This document shows, piece after piece, positions 1-8,921 of a stretch of 64,000 nt of DNA. Origin of the DNA: Candidatus Pyrohabitans jungbluthii (GTDB lineage: Archaea; Hydrothermarchaeota; Hydrothermarchaeia; Hydrothermarchaeales; BMS3B); NCBI GenBank assembly GCA_002010065.2, contig MTMD02000008.1:330758-394757 (forward strand), read 5' to 3'. A program made the translations under genes and the position numbers. Every line of letters begins with the position of its first letter. Positions within the stretch are counted from its first letter, which is position 1. Under the pieces are notes generated by a model that was not told where the DNA came from, did not search any database, and saw only the letters and a list, made by a program, of their open reading frames with translations.

Positions 1-2
1 AC

Positions 3-554
3 GCGGTTATCTCAGCCGAAGACGAGGTTATGACGCGAGCTATTGAGCGCTTCCGCGGGTTAAGAATAACAAAGAATGACCCGTGGGAGACCCTCGTAGC
101 CTTCATCTGCTCCATAAACAACAACATCCCGCGAATAAGGAAGAATGTGCAGTGCCTTCTCAGCGGGGGCTGTGTATTGCCTCCGGAGCAGCTTGCCGCA
201 GCAGACTTGACCAAAGCAAAGCTGGGCTTCAGGGAGAGATACCTTAAAGCCACCGCAGCGAGAGTCGCTAACATGGACTTCAAAGCTCTTGGAAAGCTGA
301 GCTACACCGAAGCCAAGCAGGAGCTTATGAAGCTCCAGGGTGTTGGGGAGAAGGTTGCTGACTGCGTGCTCCTCTTTGGCTTCGGCTACCTTGAGGCTTT
401 TCCTGTGGATGTGTGGATAGCCCGTGCTATGCGTGCATATTATGGCATCGATAAAATTAAGGAGATGCGCCACTTTGCCCGCGAGAGGTGGCACCCCTAC
501 GAGGGCTACGCCCAGCAGTACCTCTACATGCTGGTGAGGGAGGAGAAGCCGTGA
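3..554 (+). CDS. 8-oxoguanine/alkylated-base DNA glycosylase (OGG1/AlkA HhH-GPD family), 5' partial
   Basis: FICSINNNIPRI, HhH LQGVGEKVADCV, FPVDVW; frame open to the window start. Confidence 0.9.
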   Translation, partial: AVISAEDEVMTRAIERFRGLRITKNDPWETLVAFICSINNNIPRIRKNVQCLLSGGCVLPPEQLAAADLTKAKLGFRERYLKATAARVANMDFKALGKLSYTEAKQELMKLQGVGEKVADCVLLFGFGYLEAFPVDVWIARAMRAYYGIDKIKEMRHFARERWHPYEGYAQQYLYMLVREEKP

Positions 555-560
555 GGGTAA

Positions 561-2222
561 CTACAACCTCCCGCTCCTCAGAATGCTGAGCAGGAGCACT
601 GTGCCCAGAACGCTGGCGAACAGAAAGCCAAGGATGCCAAAGACCGGGTATCCCAGGAAGCTTGGCCCCTTATCTGTCTGCATTATAAGCGCCGAGCCTA
701 CAACTATAGCTGAGGTTATGAGCGCGAAGGAGATGCGGTTGCTCATCACCTCAAGCTCATATATCAGCTCGCTGAAGCCGCGGTGCTGCAGGGTGAGCTT
801 GCCCTCCTCCGCGCGCCTCAGCACCGCCTCGGTAGCCGTGGGAATCCTCCTCAGCGCCTGTACCAGAGATGAAAGCTCGCGAATAAAATCTCTGGCAAGG
901 CGGCGTGGAGCTAGGCGCTGGCGTATCATCTCCTTTACGAAGGGCTTGGCGGCAATGGTGAAGTTGAACTCAGGGTTCAGCGTTCTGGCAACGCCCTCTA
1001 TTGTAACCATGCTTTTGATTAGGAAGGCGAAGTTAGGGGGCATCATTACGCGATGCTTTAGCGCAATCTCCAGCATCTCGTTGAGCAGGGCAGCGACGTT
1101 CACCTGGCTAAGCTTGGTGTCGTAGTACTCAAGGATTAAGTCTTCAATATCACTGCGGAACTCACTCAAATCGCTCTCCGGCGTTACTACCCCTATGCGC
1201 AGAAGCTGCTCCACAACGCGCTCAACATCCTTATCAACCAGCGCTATCGCTAGGTCAGCGAGCTTGTCGCGCAGCTCGCTCTCTATGCGCGCCACCATTC
1301 CAAAGTCCACCATGGCTATGCGCTCGCCTTCAAGCACCAGCAGGTTGCCCGGGTGAGGGTCTGCCTGGAAAAGCCCATCCACAAAAAACTGCTTCATGAA
1401 CGCCTGGGCGAGCCTCTCAGCGAGCAGCTCAAGGTCGTAGCCCCTGTTTTTGAGCTCCTCAACTTTGCTTATCTTCACCCCCTCAATATACTCCATGCAT
1501 AGCACCCGCTTTGTGGTGTACTCCCAGTATATCTTTGGTATCTTTATGTAGTCTATGTCAGAGAAGTTCTTTGCAAAGCGCTCCGCATTTCTCCCTTCCC
1601 GCATGAAATCCAGCTCACGGCGAATAGTCTTGGCAAACTCGTTAACTATGCCAACGAGGTTGTAGCGCCTTGCCTCGCGCACACGAGCTTCAACCAGCGA
1701 TGCAAGCTGGTACAGCAGGGAGATGTCTGATTCGATAGTCTTTGCTATATTCGGGCGCTGCACCTTGACAACGACGCTCTCCCCGCTCTTGAGCTTCGCC
1801 CTGTGAACCTGCGCCAGTGAGGCGCTGGCTATGGGCTTGCGCTCAAAGTAAGCAAAAACCTCCTCTAAGCTCTTACCAAGCTCCTGCTCCACTACACCCT
1901 TTACTTCATCGAAGCTCAACGGCAGCGCTTCATCCTGAAGCTTGCTCAGCTCGTCGATATACTCCTTGGGTATTAAGTCTGGGCGAGTGCTCAGAATCTG
2001 CCCTAGCTTTATGTAGGTAGCGCCCAGCTCCTCCAGGATAAGGCGCACCTTCTCAGGCGTTGTAAGCCCCTCTATCTCCTCCGGGAAGAGCCTTCTCTTA
2101 AAGGGTATGTAGGAGTAGAGACCAGCGCGTTTTAGTACAATATCGAAGCCATACTTGCTGACAACACCTACTATCTCACGCAGCCTGGCTACGTTGCCTA
2201 TACCTCGCCTTCTGTGTAGCAT
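561..2222 (-). CDS. ABC1/UbiB-family atypical protein kinase
   Basis: YIKLGQILSTRPD, ASASLAQVH, VKVQRP, QADPHPGN, DFGMV; two C-terminal TM helices; start taken at the ATG at 2222. Confidence 0.92.
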   Translation of the reverse strand: MLHRRRGIGNVARLREIVGVVSKYGFDIVLKRAGLYSYIPFKRRLFPEEIEGLTTPEKVRLILEELGATYIKLGQILSTRPDLIPKEYIDELSKLQDEALPLSFDEVKGVVEQELGKSLEEVFAYFERKPIASASLAQVHRAKLKSGESVVVKVQRPNIAKTIESDISLLYQLASLVEARVREARRYNLVGIVNEFAKTIRRELDFMREGRNAERFAKNFSDIDYIKIPKIYWEYTTKRVLCMEYIEGVKISKVEELKNRGYDLELLAERLAQAFMKQFFVDGLFQADPHPGNLLVLEGERIAMVDFGMVARIESELRDKLADLAIALVDKDVERVVEQLLRIGVVTPESDLSEFRSDIEDLILEYYDTKLSQVNVAALLNEMLEIALKHRVMMPPNFAFLIKSMVTIEGVARTLNPEFNFTIAAKPFVKEMIRQRLAPRRLARDFIRELSSLVQALRRIPTATEAVLRRAEEGKLTLQHRGFSELIYELEVMSNRISFALITSAIVVGSALIMQTDKGPSFLGYPVFGILGFLFASVLGTVLLLSILRSGRL

Positions 2223-2223
2223 A

Positions 2224-2535
2224 CTACTTCTCGCCAGCCAGCTTGGCAATGGTGCGCTCGAGCTTTTCTATCTTCTTGCTCAGCTTTTCCACGTCCTTCT
2301 TGGAGGCGACACCTGTTTTAGCTAAAGCCTTCTCAACCTCCTCCGCGACTCTCTTCTGAAGCTCCTTCTTCTGCTTCTCCCGCTCAGCGAGAAGCTCTCT
2401 CACGAGGGCCTTGCCCTCCTCCCTGCTCAGCTCCCCCTTCTTCTCAAGCTCCGCCACAAACTCGCGGAGTTTCTCCTCTGTTATGGCAGCAAGACCTATT
2501 CCCAGAAGTAGAGCTTTCTTTATCAAATCCTTCAC
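2224..2535 (-). CDS. Phasin-like (PHA granule-associated family) coiled-coil protein
   Basis: KKALLLGIGLAA..EL..KGELSREEGK and ASKKDVEKL pattern; typical neighbour of ABC1 kinases. Confidence 0.75.
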   Translation of the reverse strand: MKDLIKKALLLGIGLAAITEEKLREFVAELEKKGELSREEGKALVRELLAEREKQKKELQKRVAEEVEKALAKTGVASKKDVEKLSKKIEKLERTIAKLAGEK

Positions 2536-2655
2536 ACCAAATCCCTCCTAGTGTAATATGGGCACGGAGGATAAAAAAGTTTGTCATGATAGGAACTTCG
2601 TTACCCTATCGCCTATCGGCGAGACCTCCTGCTACCATAGATTCAAGTTTGAATG

Positions 2656-2877
2656 TCAGGAGATCAGGCAGTAGTGGTTCACCCCGTTTATCTTAACCTT
2701 TCGCAGGTACCTGTAGAGCATGTGGTAGTAGATGAACATCTTTATGTGCCCTTCGTTAACTTTATACCCTCTCTCCGCCAGCCTCTCTGCTATTGTGCGC
2801 CCATCCACCACTTCACCAGGCTTAATGACCTCTAAAATCGCCCTAACCTTATTCGCGGTGTTCCCGAACTTCCTCAC
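2656..2877 (-). CDS. Small basic winged-helix-like protein
   Basis: 73 aa with helix-helix-helix-beta hairpin pattern (GRTIAERLAERGY...KVKINGVNHY); SD GGAGGTGA upstream. Confidence 0.6.
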   Translation of the reverse strand: MRKFGNTANKVRAILEVIKPGEVVDGRTIAERLAERGYKVNEGHIKMFIYYHMLYRYLRKVKINGVNHYCLIS

Positions 2878-2971
2878 CTTTCATCACCTCCTTCAGGTAT
2901 AAGTCGAGGGCTACCCCGAGAGCAATGCTTGCCCCGGCGAAGAGCGCAGTTATGATTATGTCCATTCTCAT
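2849..2971 (-). CDS. 40-aa single-TM micropeptide (not in ORF track)
   Basis: Manual translation MRMDIIITALFAGASIALGVALDLYLKEVMKGEEVREHRE; overlaps the start of the next gene. Confidence 0.5.
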   Translation of the reverse strand: MRMDIIITALFAGASIALGVALDLYLKEVMKGEEVREHRE

Positions 2972-3309
2972 CACCTTTTGATAAAATATAGTAGTACCCA
3001 TAATATTTATTATTTTTCCAGCAATAATGGATGTTTTAATAATAATTGGCGTTTAATTGGTCGCTTTAATGTTCACAAATGTTTATATTCGTGTATTATT
3101 GTAAAACAAGCCAATACCTCTTTTTGCGCTTTAGTCCACATCTACGAAATATAAAAATTCATGGCCGTTATGTTTCGAAAAGTTTCTCTGTGGTCATTTC
3201 CATAATATATGCCAGATTTATTGGCATTTGGTCAAATCATGGTAATCAATGCGTCATTACACAGCTACCTCGCCAAAATCGTAGGTATTTTGGCTACTTC
3301 ATTCCAGGT

Positions 3310-3417
3310 ACTTCGTCACCCTATCGTGCTTCGCACGAAACGGGTAACTTCGTCACACCGGAAGCTTCGCGAGACGGGTAACTTCGTCACCCTATCGTGC
3401 TTCGCACGAGACGGGTA
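3310..3417. repeat. Three tandem 34-37 nt hairpin (REP-like) units
   Basis: ACTTCGTCACCCTATCGTGCTTCGCACGA(A/G)ACGGGTA at 3310-3346 and 3381-3417, variant at 3347-3380; related copy near 2594-2625. Confidence 0.85.
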
Positions 3418-3459
3418 ACCCCCAGTAAAAAATTTATTCCCCGCCAGCCTGGTTATACC

Positions 3460-4386
3460 ATGGACATCGTTGCGATAGGGCATGCCAGCGTCGACTTGGT
3501 TAGAATCTCCGGCAAGGAGAAGAATCAGCTTGGTGGAGCAGCGGTTTACTCCGCGCTTGCAGCTAAAATCTTTTCTCGCGCTGGCGTTGTAACCCGCGTT
3601 GGTACCGACTTTCCCGGTGAGTTTTATTCCCTGCTCAGAAAGGCAGGAGTTGACACCTCTGGAATAAAGCAGGTTCAGGGAAAAAGCACAAGCTTTGAGA
3701 TTGAGTACGACGATAATGGGCAGGCGCACTACAAAAGCTACAATCTCGGAGTGGGCATACACATTCGCCCCAAGGACATACCCAGGAGCTACCTCACCGC
3801 CAAGGCATTTCACATCGCTCCTATGGCTGCGAGCAAGCAGCACTCGTTTGTCAGCTACCTCAGGGAGCACACTTACAGCTTAATTTCCCTCAACACCCAT
3901 GTGGCGTACTTCCAGAGGTATAAAAAGGAGCTTCTCGACCTCATAGGTGAGGTAGATATATTTACGATAAACGACGACGAAGCTATGCGCTTAACCGGTA
4001 CGCGCAGCCTTGAACACGCGATAAACGCCCTGAAAAAGCTCAAGCACAGCATTATCGTCGTGACGATGGGGGTTTACGGCAGCATAATACTCGAGCACGG
4101 AGAGGTCAGCTTCTCGCCTTCAGTGATTCAGCGGCGCATCGTGGATTTAACTGGCTGCGGCGATGCCTTTGCCGGCTCATTTCTGGCGAGCTACCTCAAG
4201 ACAGAGAACGCCGTGAAGGCTGCGAACATCGCAAATAGCGTCGCTGCGATAAACGCCAGCGACTGGAATTTCAGGGCACTCGCCAGGCTCTCCTTCCCCA
4301 GTTTAGAGGCATTTCAGGAGTTCGTCGTGGCGAGGCAGCGCAGGCTGAGCAAAAATCAGCGCAGCTTGGAGCACTTTCTGGGATAG
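3460..4386 (+). CDS. PfkB/ribokinase-family sugar or nucleoside kinase
   Basis: GGAAVYSA, VTMGVYGS, DLTGCGDAFAG; ATG at 3460. Confidence 0.9.
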   Translation: MDIVAIGHASVDLVRISGKEKNQLGGAAVYSALAAKIFSRAGVVTRVGTDFPGEFYSLLRKAGVDTSGIKQVQGKSTSFEIEYDDNGQAHYKSYNLGVGIHIRPKDIPRSYLTAKAFHIAPMAASKQHSFVSYLREHTYSLISLNTHVAYFQRYKKELLDLIGEVDIFTINDDEAMRLTGTRSLEHAINALKKLKHSIIVVTMGVYGSIILEHGEVSFSPSVIQRRIVDLTGCGDAFAGSFLASYLKTENAVKAANIANSVAAINASDWNFRALARLSFPSLEAFQEFVVARQRRLSKNQRSLEHFLG

Positions 4387-6660
4387 CTATCTCCCCTCTT
4401 CTATCCGCTTTGCCGCTATGTAGCACTGCCCCAAGGCGATGCCTCCATCTCCCGGCGGGACTACGCGATGCTGTACAAGCGTAAATCCTTCTCTCTCCAC
4501 CACCTTCTTTATCCTTCTCACAATCGCGTCGTTGTAGGCAACGCCTCCGGTAACGCCTATCTTCTCCACGCCCTGCCGCTCAGCAGCAGCCACAGCAAGC
4601 ATGGCAATACCCTCAGCGAGCGCTGCTTGAGCGCTTGCGGCTATATCCTCTCGTCGCTCGCCTTCGCGCAGGTACTCCAAGGCTTTTGCAACGACGCCGC
4701 TTGTGTTGAGAACCTCGGAGCCACCTTCTCTCTTTATCTCCACAGGCATCTCCAGCTCAGCCTTGCCCTTCACAGCAAACGCTTCCAGCTTAATCGCCGG
4801 CTCGCCCTCATAGGTTCTCTTTCTGCAAACCCCAAGAAGCGCAGCTATTGCATCGAGCACCCTGCCCATACTTGAGGTCTCCACAACGTTAAAGCCCCGC
4901 TCAAGCTGTCTCACCACAACATTAGCCTCGCCCTCGCGCATCCCCAGGCTTGAAAGAAGCCCGATAAGCTCCTCTCTGGAGTAACGGGGGTGTAACATGC
5001 CCGCGAGCATGCGCAGAGGATAGCGAGTTGCTAGGTCTCCACCTGGAGCGGGGTTGTACTCCAGATGTGCCTCCCTGGAAAATTCATATCCTGAGCAGTA
5101 GAGCACCTCACCCCCCCAGGCACTGCCATCTTCGCCATAACCAAAGCCGTCTATAGCGATGCCCACAAGCTCCTCCTCGCCACTCTCAGCCATAAGCGCA
5201 GCGATATGAGCGTGGTGATGCTGCACCTGCATTATCTCGCAACCATAGAGCGAGGCGAGCTCCTCCGCAAGCTTAGAGGTGGCAAACTCCGGGTGAAGGT
5301 CACGAGCTATGCAGGCGAGTTCGTCCACCCTATTTAGCTCCATAAGGGTGGAGCACGCCTGCCTGAGAAACTCAAGCGTTGGGAGCTTCTTTGTATCGCC
5401 GATGTACTGGGTAAGAAAGGCACGTTTGCCGGAGAGCACGCAGCCGGCGACATTCTCCTCGGCGCCAAGAGCGATAATTGCACCTTCAAATTCTATATTA
5501 AGCTCTATGGGTAGAGGAACGTATCCCCGGGAGCGGCGCAAATATGCGGTGCTACCCGCCACCAGCTTGAGCACGCTGTCGTCAATGCGATTGCGAATCC
5601 TGCGATTGTGCACCAGAGAGTAGTCTTGGTAGCCGAGGCTCAGCACATCCTCACGGGTAATCGCCATTGGCTCTCCCGGCACATTGGCGGAGGTCATAAT
5701 AAAAGCTGGCTCCTTCGAATAGTGGAAGAGGAGGTGGTGTACCCCCGTATAGGGAAGCATAATCCCCACATTGCTGAGCCCTGGTGCCACAAGTGGTGAA
5801 AGAGGCGAATCCTCACGCCTGCGCAGGAGTACTATTGGGCGCTGGGCACTGAGAAGGAGCTTCTCCTCCACCTCGCTAATGTGGGCAAATAGCCTCGCCG
5901 CCTCTATATCGCGTGCCATTATTGCAAAGGGCTTCTCAGGCCTGCGCGAAGTTCTGCGGAGCCTCTCTATCGGCTCGTCCTCCGTAACCTTCGCCGCTAA
6001 GTGAGTGCCTCCCAAGCCCATTATCGCCACTATATACCCTTCATCAAGAAGCCTGGCAGCCTCACGTATGACATCGCTAACCTCAACCCTATTTTCGCCC
6101 TCATAAAGCTCATAGCTGGGGCCGCATTTCGGGCAGGCTATGGGTTCAGCATGAAAGCGCCTGTCTTCTGGATTACGGTATTCCCGGGCGCACGCATCGC
6201 ACATGCTAAAGTCGCGCATCGTCGTGTTCTCCCTGTCGTAGGGCAGAGCCTCAATAATCGCAAACCTGGGACCGCAGTCTGTGCACACTGTGAAGGGGTA
6301 CATGTAGCGCCTATCGCCGGGGTCGAACATCTCCTTTAAGCAAGCGTCGCAAATCGCAACATCCGGCGGTATTACGGAGCCCTCGCCACCCTCCTGCGAG
6401 CTTTCAAGCACCAGAAAATCATCATAGTGATCCTTATCGCCTGCCGGAAGCTCCTCTATGGAATGAATCTCCGCCAGGGGTGGAAGCTCCTCTCGAAGGC
6501 GATTGATAAAGCGCGCCACATCGCCAATCGCAAGAATCTCAACGCTGTTTCCACGGTTGCGAACGTAGCCACGGATTCCCAGACGCTTGGCTATGCGGTA
6601 AACGAAGGGTCTGAAGCCCACGCCCTGCACAACGCCACGGATAAGAAGGCGCTTCTTCAT
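4387..6660 (-). CDS. hypF: [NiFe]-hydrogenase maturation carbamoyltransferase HypF
   Basis: GVVQGVGFRPF acylphosphatase domain, two CxxC Zn fingers, QHHHAH, GDGGIALGQ. Confidence 0.97.
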   Translation of the reverse strand: MKKRLLIRGVVQGVGFRPFVYRIAKRLGIRGYVRNRGNSVEILAIGDVARFINRLREELPPLAEIHSIEELPAGDKDHYDDFLVLESSQEGGEGSVIPPDVAICDACLKEMFDPGDRRYMYPFTVCTDCGPRFAIIEALPYDRENTTMRDFSMCDACAREYRNPEDRRFHAEPIACPKCGPSYELYEGENRVEVSDVIREAARLLDEGYIVAIMGLGGTHLAAKVTEDEPIERLRRTSRRPEKPFAIMARDIEAARLFAHISEVEEKLLLSAQRPIVLLRRREDSPLSPLVAPGLSNVGIMLPYTGVHHLLFHYSKEPAFIMTSANVPGEPMAITREDVLSLGYQDYSLVHNRRIRNRIDDSVLKLVAGSTAYLRRSRGYVPLPIELNIEFEGAIIALGAEENVAGCVLSGKRAFLTQYIGDTKKLPTLEFLRQACSTLMELNRVDELACIARDLHPEFATSKLAEELASLYGCEIMQVQHHHAHIAALMAESGEEELVGIAIDGFGYGEDGSAWGGEVLYCSGYEFSREAHLEYNPAPGGDLATRYPLRMLAGMLHPRYSREELIGLLSSLGMREGEANVVVRQLERGFNVVETSSMGRVLDAIAALLGVCRKRTYEGEPAIKLEAFAVKGKAELEMPVEIKREGGSEVLNTSGVVAKALEYLREGERREDIAASAQAALAEGIAMLAVAAAERQGVEKIGVTGGVAYNDAIVRRIKKVVEREGFTLVQHRVVPPGDGGIALGQCYIAAKRIEEGR

Positions 6661-6699
6661 TGGTAAGAGTATTGGCGGCGTTGCTTAAAGGCTTTGCCT

Positions 6700-7305
6700 C
6701 TATTTTTCCTGCTTCCTGCCTTTCATAAAGGCATAGGTGTAGAAGATTCGCTCCAGCGCTGTGGAGTGGGAAAGCAATGCAACGAATGCCAGCGCGTAAT
6801 ATAGTGCACGTTCTGCTTCCATAAAGCCAGCAAGGCTAGCGGCAAGGGCGACGATAATTATTATAAGCCTCTCGGCGCGCTCCCCTAAACCAACGTCGCA
6901 GCGCGGAATGAAGAGCTCCGCCCTTGCACGAGTATAGCTCACCATGAAGCTGCCGAGAAGCGCGAGGAAGGCGAGCAGGTAGTGGCTCTCGAGATACAGC
7001 GCAATACCAATTATAACCGCAGCATCTGCATACCTGTCCAGGGTCGCGTCGAAAAAGGCGCCGAAGTCGCTAACGCGTTGCGTTAACCTCGCAACAGCGC
7101 CGTCAATGACATCGAAGAAGCCTGTGAGCAGAAGAAGTACAAAGGCAAGGTCGAGACGCTTGGCTGCAAGGGCAAAGGCAGTGGCAACGCTTGCAAGCAA
7201 ACCAAAGATAGTTAGAAGATTGGGTGCTATACCAAGCGCTGCGAATAGCCTGGCGATTGGTACGATGAAGATATTTGCAGTGCTTCTAAAACGGGCGCTC
7301 AGCAT
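6700..7305 (-). CDS. CDP-alcohol phosphatidyltransferase (archaetidylinositol-phosphate synthase-like)
   Basis: DVIDGAVAR..GAFFDATLDRYAD; SYTRARAE, ERAER. Confidence 0.9.
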   Translation of the reverse strand: MLSARFRSTANIFIVPIARLFAALGIAPNLLTIFGLLASVATAFALAAKRLDLAFVLLLLTGFFDVIDGAVARLTQRVSDFGAFFDATLDRYADAAVIIGIALYLESHYLLAFLALLGSFMVSYTRARAELFIPRCDVGLGERAERLIIIIVALAASLAGFMEAERALYYALAFVALLSHSTALERIFYTYAFMKGRKQEK

Positions 7306-7349
7306 GCTTGGATTTAAAACCTTTACTCGTTAAAATACTTATCGCGGAT

Positions 7350-8852
7350 ATGAAGGTGCTCATAGTTACGGGGAAGCTCGCAGCAGAGCGCGCTCTCGCA
7401 ATAGCCAAGCGCTTCTCCGCAAAGGTACACATAACCAGCGAGGAGGTGGCCAGCCTTTTAACTCCAAGAAAGATTGCAAAGAGCTTGGGCAGGGTTCGCG
7501 ACGCAGAGATGGTGCTCGTACCCGGCTTGATTAAGGGCGACGTCGCTGAGGTGGCTCGCGTAACCGGTGTACCCGTGTATAAAGGCACCCGTGACATCGC
7601 TGATTTGGAGATTCTCCTTAAAAATCTGGATAATATTGAACTCTCCACCACCACTCCAGCGGATGCCCTGCTTGAAGACAGGGTTATAGCTCAAGCGCTG
7701 CGCGAGCTCAAGCGCGTCGATTCCGCGAAGGTAAAAGAGAAGCTGCTCAAACGCAGGAGGAACATGCTAATAGGCAGCCTCGCTGTGGGCAGGGACTTTC
7801 CAATGCGAGTGCTGGCTGAGATTGTGGGGATAGAGCATCTGAGCGATGATGAGATTCTCAGGCGGGCGAACTACTTCAAGCGCAGCGGCGCTGACATAAT
7901 AGACCTGGGGATAATGGAGTCCTCGCCCAAGCGCGTCGCAGAGGTTATAGAACTGCTCAAACCTCTGGAAGTGCCCCTCTCCATTGATACCATGGAGGCG
8001 AGGAACATCGCCTCCGCCATAGATGCTGGGGCTGATCTCATTCTGAGCTTTGACCACGAGCTTTTGAAGGAGTTCTCTGGCATAGAAACGCCGAGCGTTA
8101 TAATCCCCCGTCGAGGAGGCGAGGTTCCCAGGCGGGCAGAGCAACGGGTAAAGCTCCTGGAGGAGAACATAGCTTTAGCAGAGGAACAGGGATTTAAAAA
8201 GATTATAGCCGACCCTCTGCTATCTCCTCTCAATTTCGGCTTCACCGAGAGCGTGGAAGCGTATCGCCGTTTTGGGGAGCGCAACCCTGAGCGGGTGATG
8301 CTCTTCGGCCTGGGCAATGTGAGCGAGCTGCTCGACGCGGATTCCACGGGCGTAAACGCTGTCCTCGCGGGCATAGCCAGCGAGGTGGGGGCGAGCATCC
8401 TCTTCACCCCAGAGGCAAGTGCTAAAACTAAGGGGAGCGTGCGCGAGCTGAGCGTAGCTGCGAAAATGATGTTCCTAGCGAAGCAGCGTGGAGCGATGCC
8501 CAAGGATCTGGGGCTCAGCTTGCTCGTGTGCAAAGAGAAGCGAATAAGGCGGGAGCCTCTGCCAGAGGAGGTAAAGCGAGCTAAGGCGGTAAAGGCTGAG
8601 CAAAGCGCCTCGCATGCATGGGATGCAAAGGGCTACTTCAAGATATACGTAGACGACGCGATGATTTACTGTGCCCATTTCATGGACGGGAAGCTCAACC
8701 TTGTTGTGACTGGCGAAAGCGCAAAAGACATAGGCGACACACTGCTGCGCCTGGGTTTAATAGGCGAGCTTTCCCATGCTCTGTACCTGGGCCGCGAACT
8801 TCAGCGCGCCGAGGATGCCCTTCGCCTTGGGAAGGGTTATGTTCAGCGGTGA
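7350..8852 (+). CDS. Dihydropteroate synthase-like protein (archaeal, C-terminal DUF4346-like domain)
   Basis: MKVLIVTGKLA, GADIIDLG, SIDT, DADSTGVNAVL, HALYLGRELQRAE. Confidence 0.85.
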   Translation: MKVLIVTGKLAAERALAIAKRFSAKVHITSEEVASLLTPRKIAKSLGRVRDAEMVLVPGLIKGDVAEVARVTGVPVYKGTRDIADLEILLKNLDNIELSTTTPADALLEDRVIAQALRELKRVDSAKVKEKLLKRRRNMLIGSLAVGRDFPMRVLAEIVGIEHLSDDEILRRANYFKRSGADIIDLGIMESSPKRVAEVIELLKPLEVPLSIDTMEARNIASAIDAGADLILSFDHELLKEFSGIETPSVIIPRRGGEVPRRAEQRVKLLEENIALAEEQGFKKIIADPLLSPLNFGFTESVEAYRRFGERNPERVMLFGLGNVSELLDADSTGVNAVLAGIASEVGASILFTPEASAKTKGSVRELSVAAKMMFLAKQRGAMPKDLGLSLLVCKEKRIRREPLPEEVKRAKAVKAEQSASHAWDAKGYFKIYVDDAMIYCAHFMDGKLNLVVTGESAKDIGDTLLRLGLIGELSHALYLGRELQRAEDALRLGKGYVQR

Positions 8853-8921
8853 GTTAAAAATTGTTACCGTTGAGACTGCTCGGCCTAATTGCGGCTTCAC
8901 AAGGCGAGAGAGGTTATAGGC

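Noticed and set aside
3310-3417. Possible CRISPR array (about 37-nt repeats)
   Set aside because: Units abut with no unique spacers, the middle unit is a variant of the repeat, and no cas genes are present.
3079-3418. ORFs 3079-3381 and 3209-3418
   Set aside because: They arise from AT-rich spacer and repeat sequence and lack protein-like features.
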